Shown: positions 6,652-15,310 of the stretch, piece after piece | Numbering within the stretch: position 1 is the first letter of the stretch | Layout: every line of letters begins with the position of its first letter | Notes under the pieces: generated by a model | Databases searched by the model: none | What the model was told of the DNA's origin: nothing | Seen by the model: the letters and a program-made list of their open reading frames with translations, nothing else | Assembly (NCBI GenBank): GCA_000145985.1 | Contig: CP002098.1 | Location: forward strand, 1,241,123-1,273,122 | Source: Ignisphaera aggregans DSM 17230 | GTDB lineage: Archaea; Thermoproteota; Thermoprotei_A; Sulfolobales; Ignisphaeraceae | Reading direction: 5' to 3' | DNA length: 32,000 nt | Translations under genes and position numbers: made by a program

Positions 6652-7518
6652 GTGGAATGGATATACATAGCTCTACTTGTTATATTTATTGGTATAGTTC
6701 TAGGTCTTGTTATTGCTAATGAGCTAAATATTTTGAGGCTCTTTGACATAGGTATTAATGTTTATGTGCCAGAGGCGGAGGGTGTTATAGAGATAAAACT
6801 GGATATTAGAAATGCTTCAGGATCTGTATTATATCCCAATATAACTTCGCTGTATCTAGATAGAGATTCTAGAATACAGTTCAAGTTGTTGTCAGCTGAG
6901 GTAGAAGGAGATGTTAGGATAGCTCTAAGTGGAAGAGCAACTCTTGTTGGTGTTAATGGAGATAGATACTCAGTGTCTATGCCATGTCTATATACAAACA
7001 TTGAATGTTTTAGAATATTAACATTGATACCGGGTTACGATACCCCTATGCCACTGCCTAGAGATAGATACTCAGTATCACTAGAACTCTCTTGGTATGG
7101 AGCTTCAGGTGTAGGGAAAATAAGATTGAAGCTAGGTATAGTAAAAGAATCAGATATTGTGATAACCAAGATTGGTACAAAGCCGGAGAACACCACTGGT
7201 TGGATAACATTTGAGGGTTCGACAAGAACATATGCTGCATTGATAGAGCCTAGAGCTACTAGAGTTGGAGATAATACCTATGCAGTACATGTATGGATCT
7301 GGATATTTACACCAATGAATAATACAGATATACAAAGCGTTGATATAGCTATCGAAGATTATAGCGGTAGACAACTCTATAGCACAATGGTTAATCTAGA
7401 TAGGGTAGAGATCTATAGAGAAGCCTTAGTAAGAATTACATTGCCACAAGGTAGATATGTTGTTAAGATTGCTATAAATCCCGATATAGTTCTACAGACA
7501 AAGCTATCCATAGAATAG
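6652..7518 (+). CDS. membrane-anchored hypothetical protein (N-terminal TM helix, beta-rich extracellular part, internal repeat)
   Basis: 288-aa ORF with a GTG start preceded by GAGGTGTGAAAAG. N-terminal helix is WIYIALLVIFIGIVLGLVIA. The DRYSVS motif occurs twice, and a 16-nt perfect DNA repeat sits at 6959-6974 and 7061-7076. Confidence 0.6.
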   Translation: MEWIYIALLVIFIGIVLGLVIANELNILRLFDIGINVYVPEAEGVIEIKLDIRNASGSVLYPNITSLYLDRDSRIQFKLLSAEVEGDVRIALSGRATLVGVNGDRYSVSMPCLYTNIECFRILTLIPGYDTPMPLPRDRYSVSLELSWYGASGVGKIRLKLGIVKESDIVITKIGTKPENTTGWITFEGSTRTYAALIEPRATRVGDNTYAVHVWIWIFTPMNNTDIQSVDIAIEDYSGRQLYSTMVNLDRVEIYREALVRITLPQGRYVVKIAINPDIVLQTKLSIE

Positions 7519-7562
7519 TTCAACCGATATAGAGTAGATAAAAATAGATATTATTAATACAA

Positions 7563-7568
7563 TTTTTT
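7563..7568 (+). terminator. oligo-T tract after the 6652-7518 gene
   Basis: A T6 run lies 45 nt after the stop, in a convergent intergenic region. Archaeal terminators are oligo-T tracts. Confidence 0.3.
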
Positions 7569-7582
7569 ATCAGATTTGGGTC

Positions 7583-7918
7583 TTAGCCCCACTTACCCTT
7601 CTTCATATGAACCTCTAGTTCCGCCATTATCTTCTGTATTGTTAGTAGTGCAAACTCTTTCTCCTCGGTAAATATCTTTACACATGGTGGATCTAGATTA
7701 TCCTGTATACCCTCCTCAGCAATCTTTAAAAGCTCTTGTAGAAGGGTTACAGCCTTCATATGTAGATAGTTAGATTTTCTAGATCTTGTGACAAGCTGTG
7801 CTTCTTGATCTGATAACAGTTTGAATTGTTCTTTTGGTGCTCCACACCTTGGACATTTATCTGGTGGCTCAGGCCCTTCTAGCACGAGACCACAGACTTG
7901 GCATTTCCAGAGAGGCAT
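7583..7918 (-). CDS. rubredoxin-like (rubrerythrin-type CxxC...CxxC) domain protein with a helical C-terminal extension
   Basis: The N-terminus WKCQVCGLVLEGPEPPDKCPRCGAPKEQF closely parallels the C-terminal domain of the rubrerythrin in this window (WICPVCGHTYVGDEPPEKCPVCGVSKDKY). The gene lies 56 nt downstream of ferritin on the same strand. Confidence 0.7.
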   Translation of the reverse strand: MPLWKCQVCGLVLEGPEPPDKCPRCGAPKEQFKLLSDQEAQLVTRSRKSNYLHMKAVTLLQELLKIAEEGIQDNLDPPCVKIFTEEKEFALLTIQKIMAELEVHMKKGKWG

Positions 7919-7974
7919 ATGCTACCCCAAGATATACGTATTGTTGGATCTATATAAATATTCTCTTTATGACA

Positions 7975-8463
7975 CTATTTCCTCTCTGCCAATTGTCTAT
8001 CTAGTATCAGAACTATCTGTGGTGTTTCTCCAGCATACTTAAGTATCTGGAGTATTTCGCTAAATGTCTTCTCCTCCTCTACCTGTTCATTTATAAACCA
8101 GTGCAGAAATACCTCTGTAGCTCTATCGCCCTCAGATCTAGCTAAATTGAATAGCTCATGTATATATCTAGTAACATTTCTTTCATGTTCAAGAGCATAC
8201 TCAAATACCTCTGTAACGCTTTTCCACTCAATCTGAACAGCCTTTATATCCTCTAGAACAACTCTACCTCCCCTATCATTTATATATTCATAGAACTTCA
8301 TAGCATGTTCGACCTCCTCCCTAGCCTGAACCTTCATCCAGTGTGCAAAACCCTTGAGATTCCTACTATCGAACCATGAAGCCATAGCGAGATATAGATA
8401 TGCAGAGTATAGCTCTCTATTCAACTGTTTATTTAAAGCTTCAACAATTTTATCACTAATCAT
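7975..8463 (-). CDS. ftn: ferritin (non-heme, Ftn-type)
   Basis: 162 aa, with typical ferritin ferroxidase-centre context: ELYSAYLYLAMASWF...FAHWMKVQAREEVEHAMKFYEYINDRGG...ALEHERNVT...FLHWFINEQVEEE. Confidence 0.92.
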   Translation of the reverse strand: MISDKIVEALNKQLNRELYSAYLYLAMASWFDSRNLKGFAHWMKVQAREEVEHAMKFYEYINDRGGRVVLEDIKAVQIEWKSVTEVFEYALEHERNVTRYIHELFNLARSEGDRATEVFLHWFINEQVEEEKTFSEILQILKYAGETPQIVLILDRQLAERK

Positions 8464-8550
8464 ATTCCCACAGAAACAATATATTCATAGAATAATATAT
8501 AAGTCTAGCTATAGTGAAAATATGGAGCAAAGACTTATATAGAGAATCCA

Positions 8551-9321
8551 CTATATAGGAGTACCACTACTATCTATACCTTCGATAGATGCCTTCCTCA
8601 GTATATACATCAATGCATCTAGATATCTATCCTCTATCCCAAGATCTCTATATCTCTTAACAACAGATTCAACATCATATTCAATTCTATGTATCTCAAA
8701 AACATTTTTATCAAGATCTATAACCCCTATAGATGCCCTTGGATCTCCATCTCTAGGCTGTCCAAGGCTACCAGGATTAAACAGCTTAATCCCCTTGACA
8801 ACCTCTGTATTAGGTATATGTGTATGTCCATGAACAACAACATCTACATCAACAGGCCTTGGCCTTAGTGCAAATGGGCTCTCTGTAAGCTGAAGAAGCT
8901 TCTCATCATCGCTAAGACCTGGATAGAGATATCCATATAGAGGATTTCTAGGAGATCCATGTACAGCCATAACCCTATAGCCACCTATATCCCTAACACT
9001 CTTCCTCTCCAGACTTGAAAGCCACTTTATCTGTTCCTCGCTCAACAATCTATACGATATATTCTCCCTTGTATATACACTAAGCCAATGAATAGAAGGA
9101 TCACATCTACAGTCATCTCTATAAGCAACAGCATAGTCATGATTACCCATAAGAATTATATCAGGCTTAAGAGACTTTACAGTATCTACAACAAGATGGG
9201 GATCAGGACCATAGTCTACAAGATCTCCTAAAACCCATAGATAATCATATTCAACCCTATCTAAAACTGTTTTCAAAGCCTCGTAATTACCATGGATATC
9301 AGATATAACTAGGATCCTCAT
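8551..9321 (-). CDS. metallophosphoesterase (YfcE/MJ0936-like calcineurin-fold phosphodiesterase)
   Basis: Motifs: MRILVISDIHGN, GDLVDYGP, GNHD, VHGHTH. I place the start at the internal ATG (9321) that begins MRILVISD. The ORF track extends to 9354. Confidence 0.85.
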   Translation of the reverse strand: MRILVISDIHGNYEALKTVLDRVEYDYLWVLGDLVDYGPDPHLVVDTVKSLKPDIILMGNHDYAVAYRDDCRCDPSIHWLSVYTRENISYRLLSEEQIKWLSSLERKSVRDIGGYRVMAVHGSPRNPLYGYLYPGLSDDEKLLQLTESPFALRPRPVDVDVVVHGHTHIPNTEVVKGIKLFNPGSLGQPRDGDPRASIGVIDLDKNVFEIHRIEYDVESVVKRYRDLGIEDRYLDALMYILRKASIEGIDSSGTPI

Positions 9322-9423
9322 AGTAAACACAACAATATGTAGTATATTCCACAATATATACCTTATGTTTATAACATAATAGGGTTATAAAGTTGATGCG
9401 CAGAGAATCTGTAGAGTGGAATT

Positions 9424-10410
9424 ATGTCTAGATTCAGACTCGATATACATAAACCAATTAAGGATAGGTTTGAGGCTATAGTTATTGGTGCAGGTCCTGC
9501 AGGTCTTACAGCAGCTCTCTATCTAGCTAGATACGGTGTTGATGTATGTATAGTATCTAAAGATCTTGGAGGTAATATGGCTATAGCTCCACTCGTTGAT
9601 GATTATCCAGGTATTAGGAATATTAAGGGCTCTGAATTGACAAAGCTTTTTGCTGAACATGTTAAGAGCTATAATGTTCCACTCTATATAGGTACAAAGG
9701 TTATAAGTATTGCTAGAGAAGATAATATGTTTCGTATAACAACTGAAGATAATAGAAATCTCTATTCATATGCTATAGTTATAGCCATTGGATTAAGGAA
9801 TAAGAGACTTGGTGTTCCAGGTGAGGAGAAGTTTATCGGTAGAGGGGTTTCATATTGCGCTGTCTGTGATGGACCTATGTTTAGTGGTAGGGATGTAGCT
9901 GTTGTTGGTGGAGGTAATTCGGCTTTACTATCAGCTATATATCTATCATCTATAGCTAAGAAGGTATATCTAATCCATAGGAGGGATACATTTAGAGCAT
10001 TTGATATATATGTAAAACAAGTCAAATCATCTAGAAACATAGAGTTATTGCTTAACCATATAGTTACTGAGATTATAGGTGATGATAAGGTGAGAGCTAT
10101 TAGGGTAAAGAATACTGTATCTAGTGAGGAGAGGGAAATAGATGTAGATGGGATATTCATAGAGATAGGCTTTGAAACAGATAGAGAATTTTTAGAGTCT
10201 ATAGGACTGAAATTAGATGAGGATGGAAGAATAGTAGTTGGACCAGATGGTAGAACCAATATACCTGGAATATATGCCTGTGGCTCTGTAACAGGAGGGC
10301 CCTATAGATACAAATTTGATCAGATAATAACAGCTGCTGCAGAGGGAGCTATAGTTGCTGATGCTGTATACAAATATCTCATCGGGTTAAAATCTAGGGG
10401 AGGACTATAG
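9424..10410 (+). CDS. trxB: thioredoxin-disulfide reductase (low-Mr TrxR family flavoprotein)
   Basis: GAGPAGLTAALYLAR (FAD), redox-active CAVCDG, GGGNSA plus HRRDTFRA (NADPH site), and a C-terminal GD-type FAD motif (GIYACGSV). Confidence 0.9.
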   Translation: MSRFRLDIHKPIKDRFEAIVIGAGPAGLTAALYLARYGVDVCIVSKDLGGNMAIAPLVDDYPGIRNIKGSELTKLFAEHVKSYNVPLYIGTKVISIAREDNMFRITTEDNRNLYSYAIVIAIGLRNKRLGVPGEEKFIGRGVSYCAVCDGPMFSGRDVAVVGGGNSALLSAIYLSSIAKKVYLIHRRDTFRAFDIYVKQVKSSRNIELLLNHIVTEIIGDDKVRAIRVKNTVSSEEREIDVDGIFIEIGFETDREFLESIGLKLDEDGRIVVGPDGRTNIPGIYACGSVTGGPYRYKFDQIITAAAEGAIVADAVYKYLIGLKSRGGL

Positions 10411-10412
10411 CT

Positions 10413-11060
10413 ATGGATATAGTTGTAGAACTTGTTAAAGGGATTTATATAGATGATATAAAGATTTATGCATGTGAGAAAAGACATGGGAGATTTGTTG
10501 AGGAGATAGCTATAAACATATGTATAGAGAGGAATAGTTTTAAACACTATATATGTTTCATAAAGATATTTATGGGAAGGGATTTATATAGGAGATGGAT
10601 AGAGATATTCAACATTATCAACAATATAAGTATAGATGGATATACAGTAAACTTCTATGGTACGAAAATAGAGCAGTGGTTGCTAGATACAGCATCTCTA
10701 TGGCTTGGACCAGGGGAGAGAATATTTATAGAATATGTGAATGATATTGAGACTAGGAAACAGCTAGAGCGTGGATATCCAGTACCCGTTACTAGACTTG
10801 GATATGAGTTACTTAGAAGAGGATTTACATGGTTTAAGGATTGGTATTTTCCTGAGGGGTTTATGGAGGGAAACCCGAAGATACAAGGTGAAAAGCCTCT
10901 GGATAGAACTGTTATGGAGCGACAACTAAGGGATATTAGATACGAGGTTGAAGAATTTATCCGTTTGGTAGCAAGTAGAGGAGCTATAGATATATATGAT
11001 GAATATGCATTTCTAAGAGCTAAAAAAGTGTTGGAATATATAGAGAATTTAGGTATATAG
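10413..11060 (+). CDS. conserved-looking hypothetical protein, co-transcribed with trxB
   Basis: 215-aa ORF starting 2 nt after the trxB stop. Its composition is not low-complexity (GPGERIFIEYVNDIETRKQLERGYPVPVTRLGYELLRRGFTWFKDWYFPEGFMEGNPK). I cannot name a family with confidence. Confidence 0.55.
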   Translation: MDIVVELVKGIYIDDIKIYACEKRHGRFVEEIAINICIERNSFKHYICFIKIFMGRDLYRRWIEIFNIINNISIDGYTVNFYGTKIEQWLLDTASLWLGPGERIFIEYVNDIETRKQLERGYPVPVTRLGYELLRRGFTWFKDWYFPEGFMEGNPKIQGEKPLDRTVMERQLRDIRYEVEEFIRLVASRGAIDIYDEYAFLRAKKVLEYIENLGI

Positions 11061-11061
11061 A

Positions 11062-12009
11062 TTATCTAGATGTATCAGTGCTAACTATATACTCAGCAAA
11101 GAGCTTTCTAAACATCTCTCTATCTATTAACGGTTTTCCATCACGCTCTATAACTCTTTTAGCAGGTGGATTGACCAGATAGCTCTTTGCATATCTATTT
11201 ATTCTCTCCTCAAATGTCTCTACAAATGGATTTATATAGAATATCCCTATAGGAATTCTATCATCAGCTTTGTTAGCAATCTCAATAGCCTTTACAAGTT
11301 TTGTCTTTGCCTCATCCTCACTTCTAACCTCAGGATCCCAGCCAATCTCTTCAAGTCTATAGATATGTTTTCTATAGTAGTCAGGAGTAAAAATCTCGTC
11401 ATATGTAGCACAAGGCTGAAGAACATCTATAAATGCTGCTCCCTTATGCATTATAGCTCTCTTCAAAATCTCTTTAAGGTGTTCCCCAAGAAATGCATAT
11501 GATCTTGCTACAAATGTATATCCAGAGGCGAGAGCCAGGGCTATTGTGTTTATAGGGTCGTGGAGATTGGGTTTAACCATACCCCTACTCTTCGCATATC
11601 TTGGTAGTGTTGGCGAGGCCTGTCCTTTTGTAAGTCCATAGACCCTATTATTATGGAGAACAACAGTTATATCGAGATTTCTTCTACCTAGGGCTACAAA
11701 ATGGGCCATGCCAATACCAAGAAGATCGCCATCTCCTCCATGGACTACTACAGTAAGTTCTGGATTAGCTATCTTTATACCCATTGCAAATGGAATAGCT
11801 CTGCCATGCAAAGCGTGAACACCATTAACATTTACAAAGTGTGCTATCTTACCAGAGCACCCGATACCGGATACAATAACTGTTTTCGATGGATCTAAAC
11901 CAAGTTCTTCAAAGGCTTTGTATACAGATGTTACAATTCCATAATTACCACAACCAGGGCACCAGTCCTGCCATACATCAGTTCTATAGACATGTTTTCT
12001 AAGCTCCAT
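11062..12009 (-). CDS. 2-oxoacid:ferredoxin oxidoreductase, beta (TPP-binding) subunit
   Basis: WCPGCGNYGI, GIGCSG, GGDGD thiamine-PP motif. It overlaps the alpha subunit gene by 11 nt. Confidence 0.93.
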   Translation of the reverse strand: MELRKHVYRTDVWQDWCPGCGNYGIVTSVYKAFEELGLDPSKTVIVSGIGCSGKIAHFVNVNGVHALHGRAIPFAMGIKIANPELTVVVHGGDGDLLGIGMAHFVALGRRNLDITVVLHNNRVYGLTKGQASPTLPRYAKSRGMVKPNLHDPINTIALALASGYTFVARSYAFLGEHLKEILKRAIMHKGAAFIDVLQPCATYDEIFTPDYYRKHIYRLEEIGWDPEVRSEDEAKTKLVKAIEIANKADDRIPIGIFYINPFVETFEERINRYAKSYLVNPPAKRVIERDGKPLIDREMFRKLFAEYIVSTDTSR

Positions 12010-13918
12010 AGCTTAGAACCACCCTCTGAGTCTTTCCACTCATAATATCTTCTATAGCTTTAACAAGTTCAAATCTATACATAGGTCTGCCACTAAACTT
12101 CGCAATCCTCTTTTTAATAATAATACCTATATTCATAGCAATTAAATCAGCTATCTGAACATTATAGCTATGCTCAACAGCTATAATCTTCTCAATACCT
12201 ATACTCATCAACAATTCTCTAAGTCTCTTCTTGGGGAATGGAGACATAAACCTTATATGTATATAGGAAGCTTTAATGCCTCTACTAGACAAAGTCTCAA
12301 TAGCATCTAGAGCAACACCTTTTACAAAGCCCCACCCAATCAATGCTATATCTGGATTATCATCACCATAGTATATAAATCTTTCTTCTTCAGGAATATC
12401 ACTATCAATAATCTCCATCTTCCTCATCCTCTTTGTATACATCTCTATTCTATTAATAGGATCCTCATCTATATGACCATATTCATCATGTTCATCACCA
12501 GCATACCACATAATTACCTTACTACCTATGAAAGCTCTTGGAGAGATTGGTGAAGATTTATCAAATCTCCTATAATCTACAGAACTCTCTGTCACTATAG
12601 AACCTCTCTCAATTCTTATATTATCTAAATCTGGAAGAGGCACAGTCTTTAGAGAATTTGCCAAGAACTTATCAACTAAATGTATAACAGGCACCTGATA
12701 TTTTTCAGCAATATTAAAAGCATTTATAGCATCATAGAAAGCTTCTTCATGATCTCCAGAAGCTATGACAACCCTTGGAAATTCTCCATGTCCTGCAAAA
12801 AGCGAGAATAGGAGATCGCTTTGACTACCCCTAGTAGGCATACCTGTACTAGGTCCACCCCTCTGATAATACGTTATAACAACAGGTACCTCATTCATAC
12901 CTGCCCACGAAAGACCTTCAACCATTAGACTAAATCCTGGTCCAGATGTAGATGTACTAGCTCTAACACCAGCTAATGCAGCGCCTATAGCAGAGTTTAT
13001 AGCTGATATCTCATCCTCTGTCTGTATAACAGCAATACTACCAAGAGCTTTACCATCAACTTCAAGATTCTCAAACTGCTCTATAAATAGACTCTCATCA
13101 GCAGCAGGCGTTATGGGGTAATAAGCCTGATAACCAACACCAGCCACAATCTTGCCCATAGCTATAGCATCATTACCAGATACAATCATAGTCTCTCCAA
13201 CCCCTATAGAGGGTCTCTCAAGCCTAATACCCTCAGTAACAGATCTAACTCTAGACATAACACTATTAACTATAGCAACATTAGCATCAACAATATCCTT
13301 CCTACCCTTAAACCTCCTATTAAAAGCCTCTACAATAACCCCGATATCAATGTTAAGCAAACCACATACAGATCCAATAACAATAGAACTAAGATATCTA
13401 GATAACTGTTGTGGAACAATTCTATACATCTTCGAAACCTCGTTAAGTATATCCATGTATCTAAAACCTATTGAGACAACTCCTCTATTTTCACTTAGCT
13501 TCTTAATCAAATCCTTCAACGAACCATCTATACCAAGATCCTTAAACTCTCTAGATATTCTCTCCCTAAGCTCTTTCTCAATACTCGGAATCTGATCAAA
13601 TGTCTTATCCTCAACAGATGTATCATATACTATAAATCCACCTACATCAACGTCACTATAATGTGTAAATACTGTTTCTGCATCCATAGAAGCCAATATC
13701 TTTACTGGATAGTCTAGAGATCTAGGTATTCTATATGAAGATATACCTATATGTATATAGCTATGCCTACCCTTTATATTAGAGAAATACTCTCTATCAG
13801 CTATAACACCATAACCCATTCTAGCAAAGGAATATCCAATTATATTCATAGATGTTTCTAGACCTGCTCCCTGAGGACCACCTATAACTATATATACATC
13901 TCTATACAATATAGACAC
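11999..13918 (-). CDS. 2-oxoacid:ferredoxin oxidoreductase, alpha (fused gamma-alpha type) subunit
   Basis: 639 aa. N-terminal gamma-like domain (IVIGGPQGAGLETS), then an alpha domain (YPITPA, TSTSGPGFSLM, RGGPSTGMPT). This two-subunit architecture is known from Sulfolobus and Aeropyrum. Confidence 0.93.
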   Translation of the reverse strand: MSILYRDVYIVIGGPQGAGLETSMNIIGYSFARMGYGVIADREYFSNIKGRHSYIHIGISSYRIPRSLDYPVKILASMDAETVFTHYSDVDVGGFIVYDTSVEDKTFDQIPSIEKELRERISREFKDLGIDGSLKDLIKKLSENRGVVSIGFRYMDILNEVSKMYRIVPQQLSRYLSSIVIGSVCGLLNIDIGVIVEAFNRRFKGRKDIVDANVAIVNSVMSRVRSVTEGIRLERPSIGVGETMIVSGNDAIAMGKIVAGVGYQAYYPITPAADESLFIEQFENLEVDGKALGSIAVIQTEDEISAINSAIGAALAGVRASTSTSGPGFSLMVEGLSWAGMNEVPVVITYYQRGGPSTGMPTRGSQSDLLFSLFAGHGEFPRVVIASGDHEEAFYDAINAFNIAEKYQVPVIHLVDKFLANSLKTVPLPDLDNIRIERGSIVTESSVDYRRFDKSSPISPRAFIGSKVIMWYAGDEHDEYGHIDEDPINRIEMYTKRMRKMEIIDSDIPEEERFIYYGDDNPDIALIGWGFVKGVALDAIETLSSRGIKASYIHIRFMSPFPKKRLRELLMSIGIEKIIAVEHSYNVQIADLIAMNIGIIIKKRIAKFSGRPMYRFELVKAIEDIMSGKTQRVVLSYGA

Positions 13919-13921
13919 CAG

Positions 13922-14236
13922 TTAATCAGCAGATGGAATTTCCTCAGGAGCAACCTCATCTCTAATAAATCCATAGGTAACAAGATGTTTATTTATATGC
14001 TCTTCCAATTCGTCAATACTTGTTATAAATTTTCTACAAGTGGCACAATATACAAATCCATGTACTCTTATCTGCTCCTTTAAATCATCTATAGATACCT
14101 CCCTAAAATTGTCACATACACTAACGTTAGATGGATCAACAATAACATTGTTTTTTATACAATAGCCAAAGTTATCCATAAAATCATATGATCGGAAAAA
14201 TATACAGTTTCTACATCTCCTATCCATATATCTCAC
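13922..14236 (-). CDS. small Cys-rich protein with a C-terminal classical C2H2-pattern zinc finger, first gene of the OFOR operon
   Basis: 104 aa. N-terminal CRNC...C...C, then YCATCRKFITSIDELEEHINKH, which is exactly C-x2-C-x12-H-x3-H. The stop lies 3 nt before the OFOR alpha start. Confidence 0.6.
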   Translation of the reverse strand: MRYMDRRCRNCIFFRSYDFMDNFGYCIKNNVIVDPSNVSVCDNFREVSIDDLKEQIRVHGFVYCATCRKFITSIDELEEHINKHLVTYGFIRDEVAPEEIPSAD

Positions 14237-14277
14237 AATACCTATAATATATCTAGTTAGATAAATAAATTTAGATT

Positions 14278-14308
14278 AGAACAAATACAATTGTTCTCAT
14301 GTTCTCAT
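14278..14308. promoter_or_regulatory. inverted repeat AGAACAA-N6-TTGTTCT overlapping tandem GTTCTCAT x2, in a divergent promoter region
   Basis: Seen directly. It lies between the OFOR operon (-) and the ferredoxin gene (+), with TATA-like AT-rich boxes on both sides. Confidence 0.25.
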
Positions 14309-14393
14309 ATAAGGAGCTAGAGATTCTAAATATATAGATTCAAGATAGTAAAGTTTTTGTAGCAGGGGATATGAAGAATATTATGTGGTATAG

Positions 14394-14645
14394 ATGCCAA
14401 AGAGATATAGGGTTATAGTTGATAGAAATACATGTATTGCTTGTGGAGCTGCACCAGCTGCATGTCCCGATATATACTATCTAGCTGAAGATAATGGTAA
14501 GAATAGTGTTGTTCCCAAATATGAGGTTGAACATACAGATTCTATAAGTATAGGTATAATACCTGAAGAGCTATATAGCTGTGCAAAGATGGGGGCAGAC
14601 GTATGTCCTGTTAACGCCATAAAGATAGAGCCTATAGAGGAATAG
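14394..14645 (+). CDS. single-cluster ferredoxin (Thermotoga/Pyrococcus-type), with the third cluster Cys replaced
   Basis: 83 aa with CIACGAAPAACPD and CAKMGADVCPVNAI. The first motif is CxxCxxA...CP where CxxCxxC...CP is expected. Confidence 0.85.
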   Translation: MPKRYRVIVDRNTCIACGAAPAACPDIYYLAEDNGKNSVVPKYEVEHTDSISIGIIPEELYSCAKMGADVCPVNAIKIEPIEE

Positions 14646-14728
14646 CCACACCATATATTTAATCATCTAGCTTGTCATATACGAAAGGTATATATAAATA
14701 ATCATATATATTTTTACTTTGTGGAACT

Positions 14729-15289
14729 ATGCCTGTTCCAAGACCTATGACAAGAGACGCTCTATTATCAGCATTTGCAGGAGAGTCTATGGCTCATATG
14801 AGATATCTAATATTTGCAGAAATTGCTGAAAAAGAAGGGTTTCCAAATGTAGCAAGACTCTTTAGAGCTATAGCCTATGCAGAATTTGTACATGCTAGAA
14901 ATCACTATAACAATTTAAGAGATCTAAAGACAGATATACATGTATTCTCAGGAACACCTGTAGGACCTGGTAATACCTCTAAGAATCTAGAGCTTGCTAT
15001 CATGGGCGAGGTATATGAGATTACAGAGATGTATCCAGCATATATAGAAATTGCAAAATTCCAAAATGAAAAAGGAGCAGAACAGAGCTTTACATGGGCA
15101 TATAAAGCAGAACAAATACATGCAGAGCTATACAAAGAGGCTAAGAGCTATGTTGATCAAGGAAAAGACTGGCCATTAAAAGGCAAGGTATGGATATGTC
15201 CTGTATGTGGACATACATATGTAGGAGATGAACCTCCAGAGAAATGCCCTGTATGTGGAGTCTCTAAAGATAAATACATAGGTTTCTAA
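14729..15289 (+). CDS. rbr: rubrerythrin
   Basis: Di-iron four-helix domain (FAGESMAHMRYLIFAEIA, YAEFVHARNH, EVYEITEMYP, AEQIHAELY) plus a C-terminal rubredoxin domain CPVCG...CPVCG. Confidence 0.93.
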   Translation: MPVPRPMTRDALLSAFAGESMAHMRYLIFAEIAEKEGFPNVARLFRAIAYAEFVHARNHYNNLRDLKTDIHVFSGTPVGPGNTSKNLELAIMGEVYEITEMYPAYIEIAKFQNEKGAEQSFTWAYKAEQIHAELYKEAKSYVDQGKDWPLKGKVWICPVCGHTYVGDEPPEKCPVCGVSKDKYIGF

Positions 15290-15304
15290 CCTGAGGAGAT
15301 CAGA

Positions 15305-15310
15305 TTTTTT
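15305..15310 (+). terminator. oligo-T tract downstream of rubrerythrin
   Basis: A T6 run lies 16 nt after the rbr stop codon. Confidence 0.35.

Noticed and set aside
9762-10259. Long antisense ORFs inside well-supported genes: 9762-10259, 13152-13595, 15495-15899, 17057-17479, 21668-21871, 25100-25345, 27814-28140, 29699-29962, 30152-30445, 31029-31346, plus the smaller ones at 6762-7374, 7821-8042, 8354-8542, 10320-10547, 11701-11898, 14905-15135, 15607-15822, 16201-16443, 17760-17999, 19279-19512, 21105-21371 and 23948-24166
   Set aside because: Each lies opposite, or out of frame to, a gene with strong family motifs. Their translations are Ser/Ile/Leu/Pro-rich and low-complexity, as expected for shadow frames in AT-rich DNA.
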